Shown here one piece after another: positions 41,601 to 49,551 of a stretch of DNA of 64,000 nt; position 1 is the first letter of the stretch; each line of letters begins with the position of its first letter. Below the pieces are notes generated by a model. That model made no database searches and was not told the origin of the DNA. It was given only the letters and a program-made list of their open reading frames with translations. The translations under genes and the position numbers were made by a program. Source of the DNA: an uncultured bacterium (GTDB taxonomy: Bacteria > Babelota > Babeliae > Babelales > Vermiphilaceae); NCBI GenBank assembly GCA_963707655.1, contig OY970172.1:960001-1024000 (forward strand), read 5' to 3'.

Positions 41601-43160
41601 CGTCAACGATCAAAATATCGTGAGGGAAGCCTAGCAAAAGAACGCGTTGAGCGACTAAATAGCTTGGGCTTCGAGTGGGAATTGCCTAAATTAAAAAAGG
41701 ACGTTGTAGCACAAGAAAGAAAGTCATATTCTGAGATTTGGGAAGAAAGATTTATCTTGTTGCAGCAATATAGAGATATCCATAATCATTGTAATGTACC
41801 TCAAAATTATCAAGATAAATCGCTTGCCATGTGGGTTGGAACGCTGCGTACACTCTATAACAAAAGGAGTCCACGACTTTCGGCTGAAAAAATCAAGAAG
41901 CTTGATGCCATTGGATTCGACTGGGAGCCTACGACATCTCAGTGGGAAAATATGTTCTTAAAATTGCGTGAATTTAAACGCGTTTACGGACATTGTAATG
42001 TGCCGAGAAGCCAACGGCTTCTTGCTACATGGGTGGGCGTGCAACGTAAGCAGCATAAGAAAAATAGCATGATCCCTACCCGCATAAGTAGATTGAATGA
42101 AATCGGTTTTATATGGGACGTTAAAAAAGAATACTGGCATAAAATGTTTCATGAATTAAAGAAATTTATTGAAATTAATGGGCACTGTAATGTTTTTAGA
42201 ACAGGCAAGCTGGGCAATTGGGTTGCAAACCAGAGAGGTAATTATAAACGAGGAACGTTACCGTCTGCTCAAATTAACAAACTTAATGAAATAAATTTTG
42301 TTTTTGTCCCCTATGCTACAGCTTGGGAGAAAAATTATAGTGATTTATGCCTGTTTGTTAGGGAAAATGGGCATTGCATAATTACGTCTGAAACCCTTGT
42401 GAGTTCCCCACTCCTTACTTGGGCTCATAACCAACGTTCTGATTACAAAAATGGGAACCTATTCATAGAACAAATTAAAAAACTTAATGATATTGGTTTT
42501 GTTTGGGATTTCTTGGCTTATAAATGGGAAAAAAACTTTGAGGAGTTGCTGAAATTCAAAAGTGTTCATGGGCATTGCAACGTTCCTGGTAAGTTCAAAG
42601 AAAACATTTCCTTATCTCATTTCGTTGTTGCACTTCGTAAAAATTATAAAAAGGGAATTTTGTCTAAAGAACAGGTTAAACGGCTAAATGATCTCGGCTT
42701 TATTTGGGATGTTTTAGAAGAGCAATGGGAAAAGAAATATCAAGACTTAATCAAGTTCCATGAAATTTATAGCCACTGCAATGTTCCAAATGATTATAGT
42801 GATCAAGGGTTACTCTCTTGGATAAAAAATCAACGTACTTATAAAAAATTAGGCAAGTTATCTCCAGAGCGAGTTTGCAAACTAGATGCAATTGGGTTTG
42901 TTTGGTATGTATTAGATACTTCTTGGGATGATGCATTTACAGCTTTATGTTTATTTAAGAACACTTATGGGCACACTAAAGTTCCTGCAACGCGCGTTAT
43001 TAACAATATTGCTTTAGGTAATTGGGTCAGAACGCAACGTGCAGCTCATCAAAATAATAAGCTTACTAAAGAACGTTTTGAAAAATTACAGAGCATAGAT
43101 TTTTCTTGGGCCATTATGGCACGATCTCAAAAACAAACATCCAAACTATCTATGGAGTAG
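38700..43160 (+). CDS. Restriction-endonuclease-like domain + SF2 (DEAH) helicase + 12 helicase-associated (HA) repeats
   Basis: N-terminal GDAFE..DAGIDG..YQVKF; MACGTGKT, STYQS, DEAH, TATP, LTEGVNVP, QAAGRAMR; twelve W..........GHCNVP...WV..QR...L..IGFVW units. Confidence 0.9.
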   Translation: MISPKHLKATYFSSKGLFHNLSSFTSLENRIANLPEIERGDAFEVFAEAYLKTQSLHQVEEIWPEKSLPQSLRELLNIPSDAGIDGVFKTSSGHYKAYQVKFRSNRGSLSWGGDSLGNFFGQADRVSERILFTNSMDLSDLAASRVNFYSIKGNELDCLEPSDFKTIEDWLKTGVARRERLKPKDHQQQAINAIIDELSVKDRTTAIMACGTGKTLVALRAAEKLQAKTILVLLPSLALIRQTLHDWARDHGWEKFHFLCVCSDHTVVNDESEMILFQRDLDFAVTTQPEEIAAFLNNGNVAPKIIFSTYQSCRMVAQAMPGNFAFDLAIFDEAHKTASRLATNHAFALSENNIAIKKRLFLTATPRHYNIDVKDKFGDNQLVFSMDDETIYGRVVYKLSFRAAVEQGLICDYKVLISVITSDMLNRELLKRGEVLIDGDIIKAQRIANILAIQNAVEQYGVKRIFSFHSSISAAKSFTAKTNEGVGAYLTDFATMHVSGEMSSSKRDAILSEFRDAEKALISNARCLTEGVNVPAVDMVVFVSPKRSKVDIAQAAGRAMRKHPGKERGYILIPLFMQDAGQEELEQALAKTKFDTVWDVLQAMCEQDESLVEIIAKLREARGRILGVNDSRLRERVEILGPELALKSLRDAITTRMIDRLGLSWDERFGQLVRFKEESGHCLVPNRYPENPGLGQWVQKNRWDYKKNALGSERIKRLNEINFAWDYEEAIWNTRYLDLCHFQQINGHCNVPRNYHDRQLEYWVGTQRVSYKKGKLSSIQIKQLEKIGFVWDCIEENWHSNYSMLAEFKQKNGHFVVPKDTRENKQLATWVSAQRKLQKKGNLSSEKIYLLEQINFMWDPVKAILEERFSQILSFFEKNGHCNVPDSYDEIVPGLCSWLRSRRNLYRKNLLDIDQIKRLEEMKIKWDPFDANWEEQFEALVLYKSKNGHTSVSKKYHESPSLGLWVLRQRSKYREGSLAKERVERLNSLGFEWELPKLKKDVVAQERKSYSEIWEERFILLQQYRDIHNHCNVPQNYQDKSLAMWVGTLRTLYNKRSPRLSAEKIKKLDAIGFDWEPTTSQWENMFLKLREFKRVYGHCNVPRSQRLLATWVGVQRKQHKKNSMIPTRISRLNEIGFIWDVKKEYWHKMFHELKKFIEINGHCNVFRTGKLGNWVANQRGNYKRGTLPSAQINKLNEINFVFVPYATAWEKNYSDLCLFVRENGHCIITSETLVSSPLLTWAHNQRSDYKNGNLFIEQIKKLNDIGFVWDFLAYKWEKNFEELLKFKSVHGHCNVPGKFKENISLSHFVVALRKNYKKGILSKEQVKRLNDLGFIWDVLEEQWEKKYQDLIKFHEIYSHCNVPNDYSDQGLLSWIKNQRTYKKLGKLSPERVCKLDAIGFVWYVLDTSWDDAFTALCLFKNTYGHTKVPATRVINNIALGNWVRTQRAAHQNNKLTKERFEKLQSIDFSWAIMARSQKQTSKLSME

Positions 43161-44228
43161 TTTTTTAAGCGCAACAATTTCTTCTGGCGCTAAATCGAAT
43201 TCTTTGTTTTTATCTAATGATCTCATTATTTCTCCCTGCCTATATTCATCTACGCTGCCATAGCTGGTGAATGTTGTTAATGGATTATTATGACCTATAT
43301 TTTGACTCCATACCTTAAATTCTTCAGGAGTTTTGCACAACTTGTAACCTAATTGAGCTACGGTGTGACGAAATGAATGCGGATTGTAGTAGGTTAGTCC
43401 AGCATTGTGAAATGCCTCTTCTATCACTTTTCTCAATGATGTAGTTGATTTCCATGGAGTCGAACCAAGCAGCGTCCTGCTGAATTTATCATTAGCGCCC
43501 AGTGACAATGCGGTACAAGGAAATAATGGAGCTTCATCATCAAATAGCTTTTCCTTCTTTAAGAAATTTACCCACTCAATGAAGATTTGCTTAAGGAAAT
43601 CGCCTACAGGAAAAAAGTAGGTAATAATCATCTTGCTGTTTTTTGTTTTTACCTCGTCCGGACGTTGCTCTATGCGTTGCTCGTCCAAAAGTATGTGCTT
43701 AAGTTTGAATGAAGCTACTGCCTGAATTCTTGCGCCACTAATGGCCATAAAAGCTATGAGAGCACGGTTCCTTTTTTGAATCTCAGTTTCTGCCGGCATG
43801 CTTTTTACCACATGTTCTATTTGTTCCAAGGTAGGGTAACGTTTAGGTTTTTGAGTTCTTGCTATTCTGATGTCTTTATCTTGTAATTTGAAATACGCAA
43901 TTTCACATGAGCGTATTCTGCTTCTGTACCCAGGCTGCGTCACCAGCCACTTGAAAAAGTCACTTAGGCTTCTTGTGGCATGTAGCAGGTAGGTTTTACT
44001 GACAAGCGTTTCCGTGCGTTTTGATTTCTTTTGCATAAGATGTTTTTTGAATCCGATAGCGTCATTCTTGTTAAATAACTTGAAGCTTTTAAAGCCTGTG
44101 TATTCCTCATAAATATACAGGTAATTTTGGATGTTAATAGCAGTTGAGCTGCTCTTGCCATTAGCCTCCTTTTCCCATTCCAAATACTTACGTTTAATTC
44201 GTTCGTTTTCAGCGTTATATTTGATCAT
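43146..44228 (-). CDS. Tyrosine recombinase
   Basis: GARIQA, KTK, HSFRH, IGH, TFTSYG catalytic set. Confidence 0.9.
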   Translation of the reverse strand: MIKYNAENERIKRKYLEWEKEANGKSSSTAINIQNYLYIYEEYTGFKSFKLFNKNDAIGFKKHLMQKKSKRTETLVSKTYLLHATRSLSDFFKWLVTQPGYRSRIRSCEIAYFKLQDKDIRIARTQKPKRYPTLEQIEHVVKSMPAETEIQKRNRALIAFMAISGARIQAVASFKLKHILLDEQRIEQRPDEVKTKNSKMIITYFFPVGDFLKQIFIEWVNFLKKEKLFDDEAPLFPCTALSLGANDKFSRTLLGSTPWKSTTSLRKVIEEAFHNAGLTYYNPHSFRHTVAQLGYKLCKTPEEFKVWSQNIGHNNPLTTFTSYGSVDEYRQGEIMRSLDKNKEFDLAPEEIVALKKLLHR

Positions 44229-44240
44229 TTTAGTCTCCTT

Positions 44241-44732
44241 TTATTTGATGGTGGTAGCGGGGGTGTTGTCACACTCTATTAAATTTTTTTGCTCTAGCCC
44301 TTCTATATGGAAAATTTTCGTAAAGGTATCTATTTTTGAAGGCGATATTGTTCTATTGATGCTCGATCCACATATCTCACATATACCAACGAGATTTGTT
44401 CGTTTATTGTTATGGTGAATACGGACTTTGTTATCTTTGGTGTACCTTGCCTTCTGGCATTTGCAGCAGAACAATTGGTTTTCAGCGCAAGGTTTTTTTC
44501 TGCCAGCATTTCTTACACTTAGAAAGTCGATTAAATCTTGTCCCCATATCAAGTACGGTAGTTGATCATCTATTTTCTTGAGCCCCGTCTTTAACCAGTC
44601 GCTAATGGTACCTTTATCAACCTTGAGAAGCTCTTTGATCTCTTCTATGGAATAGGAGTTTGCGCTTCTGATGATTCTTGTATTAAATCTTTTCCGAAAC
44701 TTCTTTACGTTTTTCTGCTTTTTCTTGTACAT
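44241..44732 (-). CDS. Helix-turn-helix protein with C-terminal zinc ribbon
   Basis: YSIEEIKELLKVDKGTISDWLKTGL (excisionase-like HTH); CCKC and CEICG. Confidence 0.75.
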   Translation of the reverse strand: MYKKKQKNVKKFRKRFNTRIIRSANSYSIEEIKELLKVDKGTISDWLKTGLKKIDDQLPYLIWGQDLIDFLSVRNAGRKKPCAENQLFCCKCQKARYTKDNKVRIHHNNKRTNLVGICEICGSSINRTISPSKIDTFTKIFHIEGLEQKNLIECDNTPATTIK

Positions 44733-44863
44733 CTTTCATATCCCACTCGAGCAATAAATCAAAAAGATCAATTAATGGCTGGATATCAGATTTGATTTCT
44801 AGCCTATCTCCTTGCTGAGTTATGCTTTGCTTTTTTATGTCCATCGGTACTACTCAACAAAAT

Positions 44864-45136
44864 TTAGAATGCGCTATTAATGATTGCTTCATATTTGCGT
44901 ATGACAACATCTTCAATTGCTGTCGCAATCTCTTTGTTGATAGGATGAAAAATGGGCATACTACTGTTTAATGTTTTTCGAGTTGGGTAGGTCAACCTAT
45001 AACCACCTTGTGGGCGTGTATATATTCCTATGGAAGCAAAATAAAATAAGCTATCGAACGTGAAGCTTGCAAACGCTACAAGGCCGTCCTTTGGCTTGAG
45101 TGGAATTATTTGTATTTCTGATACCTTGTCTTTCAT
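44864..45136 (-). CDS. SpoVG-family nucleic-acid-binding protein
   Basis: GLVAFASFTFD...YPTRK...IFHPINKE pattern. Confidence 0.75.
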   Translation of the reverse strand: MKDKVSEIQIIPLKPKDGLVAFASFTFDSLFYFASIGIYTRPQGGYRLTYPTRKTLNSSMPIFHPINKEIATAIEDVVIRKYEAIINSAF

Positions 45137-45218
45137 AATCTTTACCTTTTGGGTTAAGGGTTAAGCTTTAACTGAAGACAAGGTAATAAAAAGGGTTCGG
45201 GCCCGGCTGGGCCCAGAA

Positions 45219-46235
45219 TTAACAGAGATATTTTGGATTAATTTGAACAGTATCATCCTTGATAAGAAGAAATTCTGGATGACCCAACTTGGCTACATTC
45301 TTGTTTATGCTACGACAAATCTCATAAATATCCGGACCTTCCTTTGCGTGATCGTTGTTCATAATCTTTTCGCTAATAGTTTCAAATTTTAAGGCTCTTT
45401 TTTTGATAAAGCTGTCGCCAGGAATTAGCATTTTCAAAACGATACGCGAATCACTATTTTTTTTGAAATTCGTTGATCCATCATTAATTTTAAGCTTGCC
45501 ATTATTAGGGTCATAAGAAATTGTGTATTTCACTTTTTCTTGAGTTACAGCTAATTGCCTCTCAAAAAAATCAATCGTATATCTTAAAATACGATTCATA
45601 TGAACTCGCAAATCAGGAATATTTTCTTTCTTTAGTTCTTGCTTGCCTTGACCATAATTGATATAGATGCGTGCTAGCTTATCCCAGCTATACCAAATGC
45701 GAGTTTGTTGAATATCTTCAAGGCGATTTTTTTCGCTATTCCACAAATAGAAACTTGGTGTAAAAATACATTCTTGCACTCTCCCTTCTTCATCTAAAAC
45801 TGCGCTTTTTTTGAGAAGACATTTTGCCTCTTTCGAGTGATTTTCTGCCAATGACCAAACAAAATCTCTTAATATTCTGTATTTAGCTATCATAGGATTA
45901 CTAATTGCCGCCATGTTGCTATCGCGATATAGTTCGAAAGCAAAAACATCATTGAATATAGGGTGGTAGTTTTTGCCATATTTTTTTGTTTGGTAATCCC
46001 TATATTCATAATATGCCAACTCCATTTCATATTCTGCTGCTTCCGTTAGATCTTGTAATAGCTGAGCATTATTTTTTGCTTCCCCGAGTATTTTTGTATT
46101 TATATGCCCCAGGTCGACATTTTTATCGTACTCAGCCATAAAGTCATAGATGAGCAACCCAAATAAGTTAGGATCATCGATCTGATTATTGCAGAGTGAT
46201 TGTAGTTTATTAACATTAGACTGGTTTTGTTGCAT
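45219..46235 (-). CDS. Hypothetical protein with possible C-terminal winged-helix domain
   Basis: 338-aa ORF with GAGG RBS; C-terminal IYEICRSINKNV...VQINPKY resembles a wHTH. Confidence 0.65.
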   Translation of the reverse strand: MQQNQSNVNKLQSLCNNQIDDPNLFGLLIYDFMAEYDKNVDLGHINTKILGEAKNNAQLLQDLTEAAEYEMELAYYEYRDYQTKKYGKNYHPIFNDVFAFELYRDSNMAAISNPMIAKYRILRDFVWSLAENHSKEAKCLLKKSAVLDEEGRVQECIFTPSFYLWNSEKNRLEDIQQTRIWYSWDKLARIYINYGQGKQELKKENIPDLRVHMNRILRYTIDFFERQLAVTQEKVKYTISYDPNNGKLKINDGSTNFKKNSDSRIVLKMLIPGDSFIKKRALKFETISEKIMNNDHAKEGPDIYEICRSINKNVAKLGHPEFLLIKDDTVQINPKYLC

Positions 46236-46339
46236 CTTCTTTACCTCTTAAAATACGTTTTTTATATTCTAATCGGTAAAAGTAGATTCTCTAAGCAAAA
46301 AGTACCTGTTCTATCGCATTTATGTTAGTCTGTTCGAAG

Positions 46340-46374
46340 GTAAAAGTTCTAAAATAGTCCGATAGGGCACACCA
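46340..46374 (+). other. att junction 1 (P arm + tRNA 3' core)
   Basis: GTAAAAGTTCTAAAATAGTCCGATA-GGGCACACCA. Confidence 0.9.
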
Positions 46375-46584
46375 GCCTTCGCTTATTAGTCGCCAAGGCT
46401 ATGGCGGACAGGCCGGGGGCAAGATAGAGCTCGGCGAAAGCCTGAAGAAGCTCGTGAGAGCGAAGACAGGCAAGCTTCGTCTGGCTGCCGCCAGCAACTT
46501 TTTCACCCATTCTTTGCATCTTCATAAATCCTTGGTATATCTACTAAGACTTTTTTTATAGGAATCTGACCTTTAGGGAGAACT
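46372..46584 (+). repeat. Unit leader: nested hairpin repeats + conserved 5' region of the toxin gene (copy 1 of 4)
   Basis: Near-identical copies at 49337-49551 and 52190-52404; shorter copy at 54687-54864; each ends GGGAGAACT-ATG. Confidence 0.92.
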
Positions 46585-48489
46585 ATGAAGATTATCATTC
46601 TGATCAGTATCTTACTACAAATAGTGGCTATCCAAGCGGTATATCCCAATCGAGAGTTGACGACAAACTGGGATACCTCAACGCGAAATCGAGGCATATC
46701 ACAAAATAGTCTTGCTAAGATGAACCGTGCTCAATATATAAAAAATATTGCCGGTATCAACAGCCATTCTTCTTTCACTCCCTCTCACATTACATCCGGA
46801 ACACCTGCATACACGATGCTGCATGAGCCGCACAAATGCGCATCGTGGCAGGGGAGTGACTATTGGAATGCAATTGTCCAGGCATTCGGGCTTAAAGCAT
46901 CAATAGACAAGAATTATTATATTCCGTTCGGACTGCGTGAGTATGGCTATACTAGTGATTCACAGATTTTGTATATTCATGACGACAATATAATCCGCAT
47001 TATGCAGCAGGGGAAACTTTATGATTACGACAATTTCTGGTGCTTTATTAGCCAGTTTGATTCGTATGAATCAACACTGTTGCAACTGTTTAACAATGGC
47101 ACGCAGCGCAGCCAGCTTTCTCAAAAAGCGCGGCAGAAAATGCAACAAGAATGCACTCGCATTACTGAAAAACAACTGACAAAAGAGCGGGAGCAACAGC
47201 AGCGGTATCAGGAAGAATCGGTACGAAAACATTTTCAAGGAGAGCTTCCAGTAATTGAAGATTCAGTTGATGAGCAACAAGAATTGCATGATATTGCCCA
47301 TACATATAATTTGCATAACAAAAATCATTATGAAACGCGTCTGGCTGCCCTTGAAGATGTGGTAAGTAATAGCAGATATACCCGTGACGTGTACACTCTC
47401 GATGATGATGTGATAAGGATTCTGTCACAATCAGAATGCGATGCCAAACAATATACGACCAATTATGGCAATCAATTGCAGCAAGTCATTCACCGTGAAT
47501 GCATCGATATTGTCTCGCAAACAGCGCAACTCTCTGTCCGCTCTCCTCTTTATGATTATAAAAATTCATTAGCTAATTTTACCGATTCGGCGCGTTCATA
47601 TAACCAGGAAGGCTCATCTGGCAAAGCGATGCAAATCAATGATTTTTGCTATGCATTGCTCGATTATGGCTCAGCCATTGTTGAGGGCATTGCCTGCGGT
47701 GTCATTGGTGCAGCCAAAGATATGATTAACCATCCAGTTCAAACAGCATTGTGCGTGGTGGCCAGTGAATATGTGTTGGCCTATCAATTACTTAAAGTCA
47801 CCACCAACCTTGCCTCCATCGGTATATGCTATGCCTTTGATAAAGAAGCCGGCGCGCAACAATGGCATGATTATATTGAGCCAATAACGAATGTGATCAG
47901 CGCTATCAACAATAAAGAGGTAACGCTGCGAAACGGCATTAAAGGAGTTGTTGCCGTTGGCACCGGCATATATGCGCAAGGCAAGATGCTGAAAGGTCTA
48001 AACTCTTTTTATAGCACAACAAAAGCAAAGGCTTTTGAGTTTGTCAAAAACAATCCGTTGGTAACTCCGACTGAATATATGTCCACTCCTGAGGGAGTAT
48101 TATTTAAGGCTATACGCAATGCTCAAGAAGGATTGAATGATATTTCAGGAGAGGTTAAATCAGCATTAGATGGTATCAAAAATGACTTGAAGATGCGTTT
48201 CGAACAGCGAAGCTTGCAGCACATGTTTAGTCGGCATGCAAAGGATTTTGGAATATGCAAAGCGTGGAACAAGGCCACAGCCGTCGAGTTTGAAAAAATA
48301 ATTTTTGACCACATAAACACTGTTCACCCGATTAAAGGTACTTATCGTGGTGTACAAGAGGTTTTGCATTATTTTGATAAAAACAGCGGCCTTAATGTTA
48401 TGACGGATAAGGCCGGATCTCTTATTGGCGGATGGAAGTTAAGTGAAGATCAAATTAAATATCTCTTGTCGACTGGAGCGCTAAAATAA
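46585..48489 (+). CDS. Polymorphic toxin 1: signal peptide, conserved core, colicin D-like tRNase C-terminus
   Basis: C-terminus LQHMFSRHAKDFGI...GTYRG...HYFDKNSGLNV...GGWKL matches the colicin D nuclease pattern (KHAGDFGI, GTYR, SGWK). Confidence 0.85.
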   Translation: MKIIILISILLQIVAIQAVYPNRELTTNWDTSTRNRGISQNSLAKMNRAQYIKNIAGINSHSSFTPSHITSGTPAYTMLHEPHKCASWQGSDYWNAIVQAFGLKASIDKNYYIPFGLREYGYTSDSQILYIHDDNIIRIMQQGKLYDYDNFWCFISQFDSYESTLLQLFNNGTQRSQLSQKARQKMQQECTRITEKQLTKEREQQQRYQEESVRKHFQGELPVIEDSVDEQQELHDIAHTYNLHNKNHYETRLAALEDVVSNSRYTRDVYTLDDDVIRILSQSECDAKQYTTNYGNQLQQVIHRECIDIVSQTAQLSVRSPLYDYKNSLANFTDSARSYNQEGSSGKAMQINDFCYALLDYGSAIVEGIACGVIGAAKDMINHPVQTALCVVASEYVLAYQLLKVTTNLASIGICYAFDKEAGAQQWHDYIEPITNVISAINNKEVTLRNGIKGVVAVGTGIYAQGKMLKGLNSFYSTTKAKAFEFVKNNPLVTPTEYMSTPEGVLFKAIRNAQEGLNDISGEVKSALDGIKNDLKMRFEQRSLQHMFSRHAKDFGICKAWNKATAVEFEKIIFDHINTVHPIKGTYRGVQEVLHYFDKNSGLNVMTDKAGSLIGGWKLSEDQIKYLLSTGALK

Positions 48490-48490
48490 C

Positions 48491-48961
48491 ATGCCTGAAT
48501 ACTTTGACATCTCACTTATCATCGGAAAAAGTGAACTACAAAAACAGCAATTACAGGATTTTTTATTACACACCTTTAATCTACACGAAGAAGAAAACGA
48601 TAGCCTTCGCAATGAAATTTCAGCATTCAAAAATGTTATTCTTACCATCTATGAATCAGAGGAAATTAATTTTATAGAGTTTGGTATAAGTATTCCGAAA
48701 TGTGTTTTTCATAAAAAATCATTTGATAGAGAGTTTAATCCTATTGATTTATTTATTACGCGTTGTCTGAAAGAATGCAAATTCATTCGATTCGCTTTAT
48801 GTAGTTATGAAATGAATGCATACTATATCGGCAAATTACAAAGAATTGAAGATTTCACCCCGCTTTTTTTAGCGCATTTTCCTATCACTTACTCAAAAGA
48901 CCTGCACAATGAGTCATTTTCAAAAATAATTAATACAACGGCGCAGGACATTTTTGTTTAA
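48491..48961 (+). CDS. Candidate immunity protein for toxin 1
   Basis: Starts 1 bp after the toxin stop; small and acidic; positional inference. Confidence 0.7.
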   Translation: MPEYFDISLIIGKSELQKQQLQDFLLHTFNLHEEENDSLRNEISAFKNVILTIYESEEINFIEFGISIPKCVFHKKSFDREFNPIDLFITRCLKECKFIRFALCSYEMNAYYIGKLQRIEDFTPLFLAHFPITYSKDLHNESFSKIINTTAQDIFV

Positions 48962-49002
48962 TGTGTTCAATAAAATGGTTGCTTATGTAGCGAGGTAAGG
49001 CC

Positions 49003-49209
49003 ATGCAAAATAGATTAACGAATGAAGAAGCTTTTAATTCCATGAGGCTTTTTTTGGAAGAATATTACAAACGAACATCATCCGATGATATTGGTTCGCT
49101 GTTGGGGGATTTAATTCTTTTAGCAGACCAAACAACAGCAGATCCAGCCGCTTGGGAAGATTGGATGGACTGCGTTAAAAAAGTTAAAGAGAAAGAATAT
49201 CCATTGTGA
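49003..49209 (+). CDS. Small acidic protein, probable orphan immunity protein
   Basis: GAGG RBS; EEAFNSMRLFLEEYY...ADPAAWEDW. Confidence 0.6.
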   Translation: MQNRLTNEEAFNSMRLFLEEYYKRTSSDDIGSLLGDLILLADQTTADPAAWEDWMDCVKKVKEKEYPL

Positions 49210-49304
49210 TGGAGGCATTTTTGAAGAGCATCTGTATTTAGTAGCTTTAGATACCTATCGCAAAAAGTATTTGCTTAATCTGACTTATGCTCAAGTCTTC
49301 ATAA

Positions 49305-49339
49305 CAAAAGTTGCTGAAATAGTCCGATAGGGCACACCA
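49305..49339 (+). other. att junction 2
   Basis: CAAAAGTTGCTGAAATAGTCCGATA-GGGCACACCA. Confidence 0.9.
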
Positions 49340-49551
49340 CTCTTCGTTTATTCCGCCGTCGCCAAGGCTATGGCGGACAGGCCGGGGGCAAGATAGAGCT
49401 CGGCGAAAGCCTGAAGAAGCTCGTGAGAGCGAAGACAGGCAAGCTTCGTCTGGCTGCCGCCAGCAACTTTTTTACCCATTCTTTGCATCTTCATAAATCC
49501 TTGGTATATCTACTAAGACTTTTTCCAGGAATCTAACTTTCAGGGAGAACT

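Larger units (their letters stand above)
36073..46374. mobile_element. 10.3-kb LSR-encoding integrative element in tRNA-Arg
   Basis: Direct repeat GGGCACACCA at 36073-36082 (tRNA 3' end) and 46365-46374; LSR gene abuts the left end; reconstructed attP is a 50-bp imperfect inverted repeat. Confidence 0.9.

Noticed and set aside
43146..44228. Classical integron (IntI + attC cassettes)
   Set aside because: I see no IntI-specific signature or attC-type RYYYAAC...GTTRRRY sites; unit boundaries match the tRNA/LSR core instead. An HMM check is still advisable
45140..45218. Palindromic, GC-rich patch (GGGCCCGGCTGGGCCC; TTACCTT...AAGGTAA) as a tyrosine recombinase site or ncRNA
   Set aside because: Single occurrence with no partner site found; cannot be distinguished from a terminator or operator
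36073..46374. Prophage or conjugative element
   Set aside because: No capsid, terminase, tail, relaxase or T4SS genes recognised
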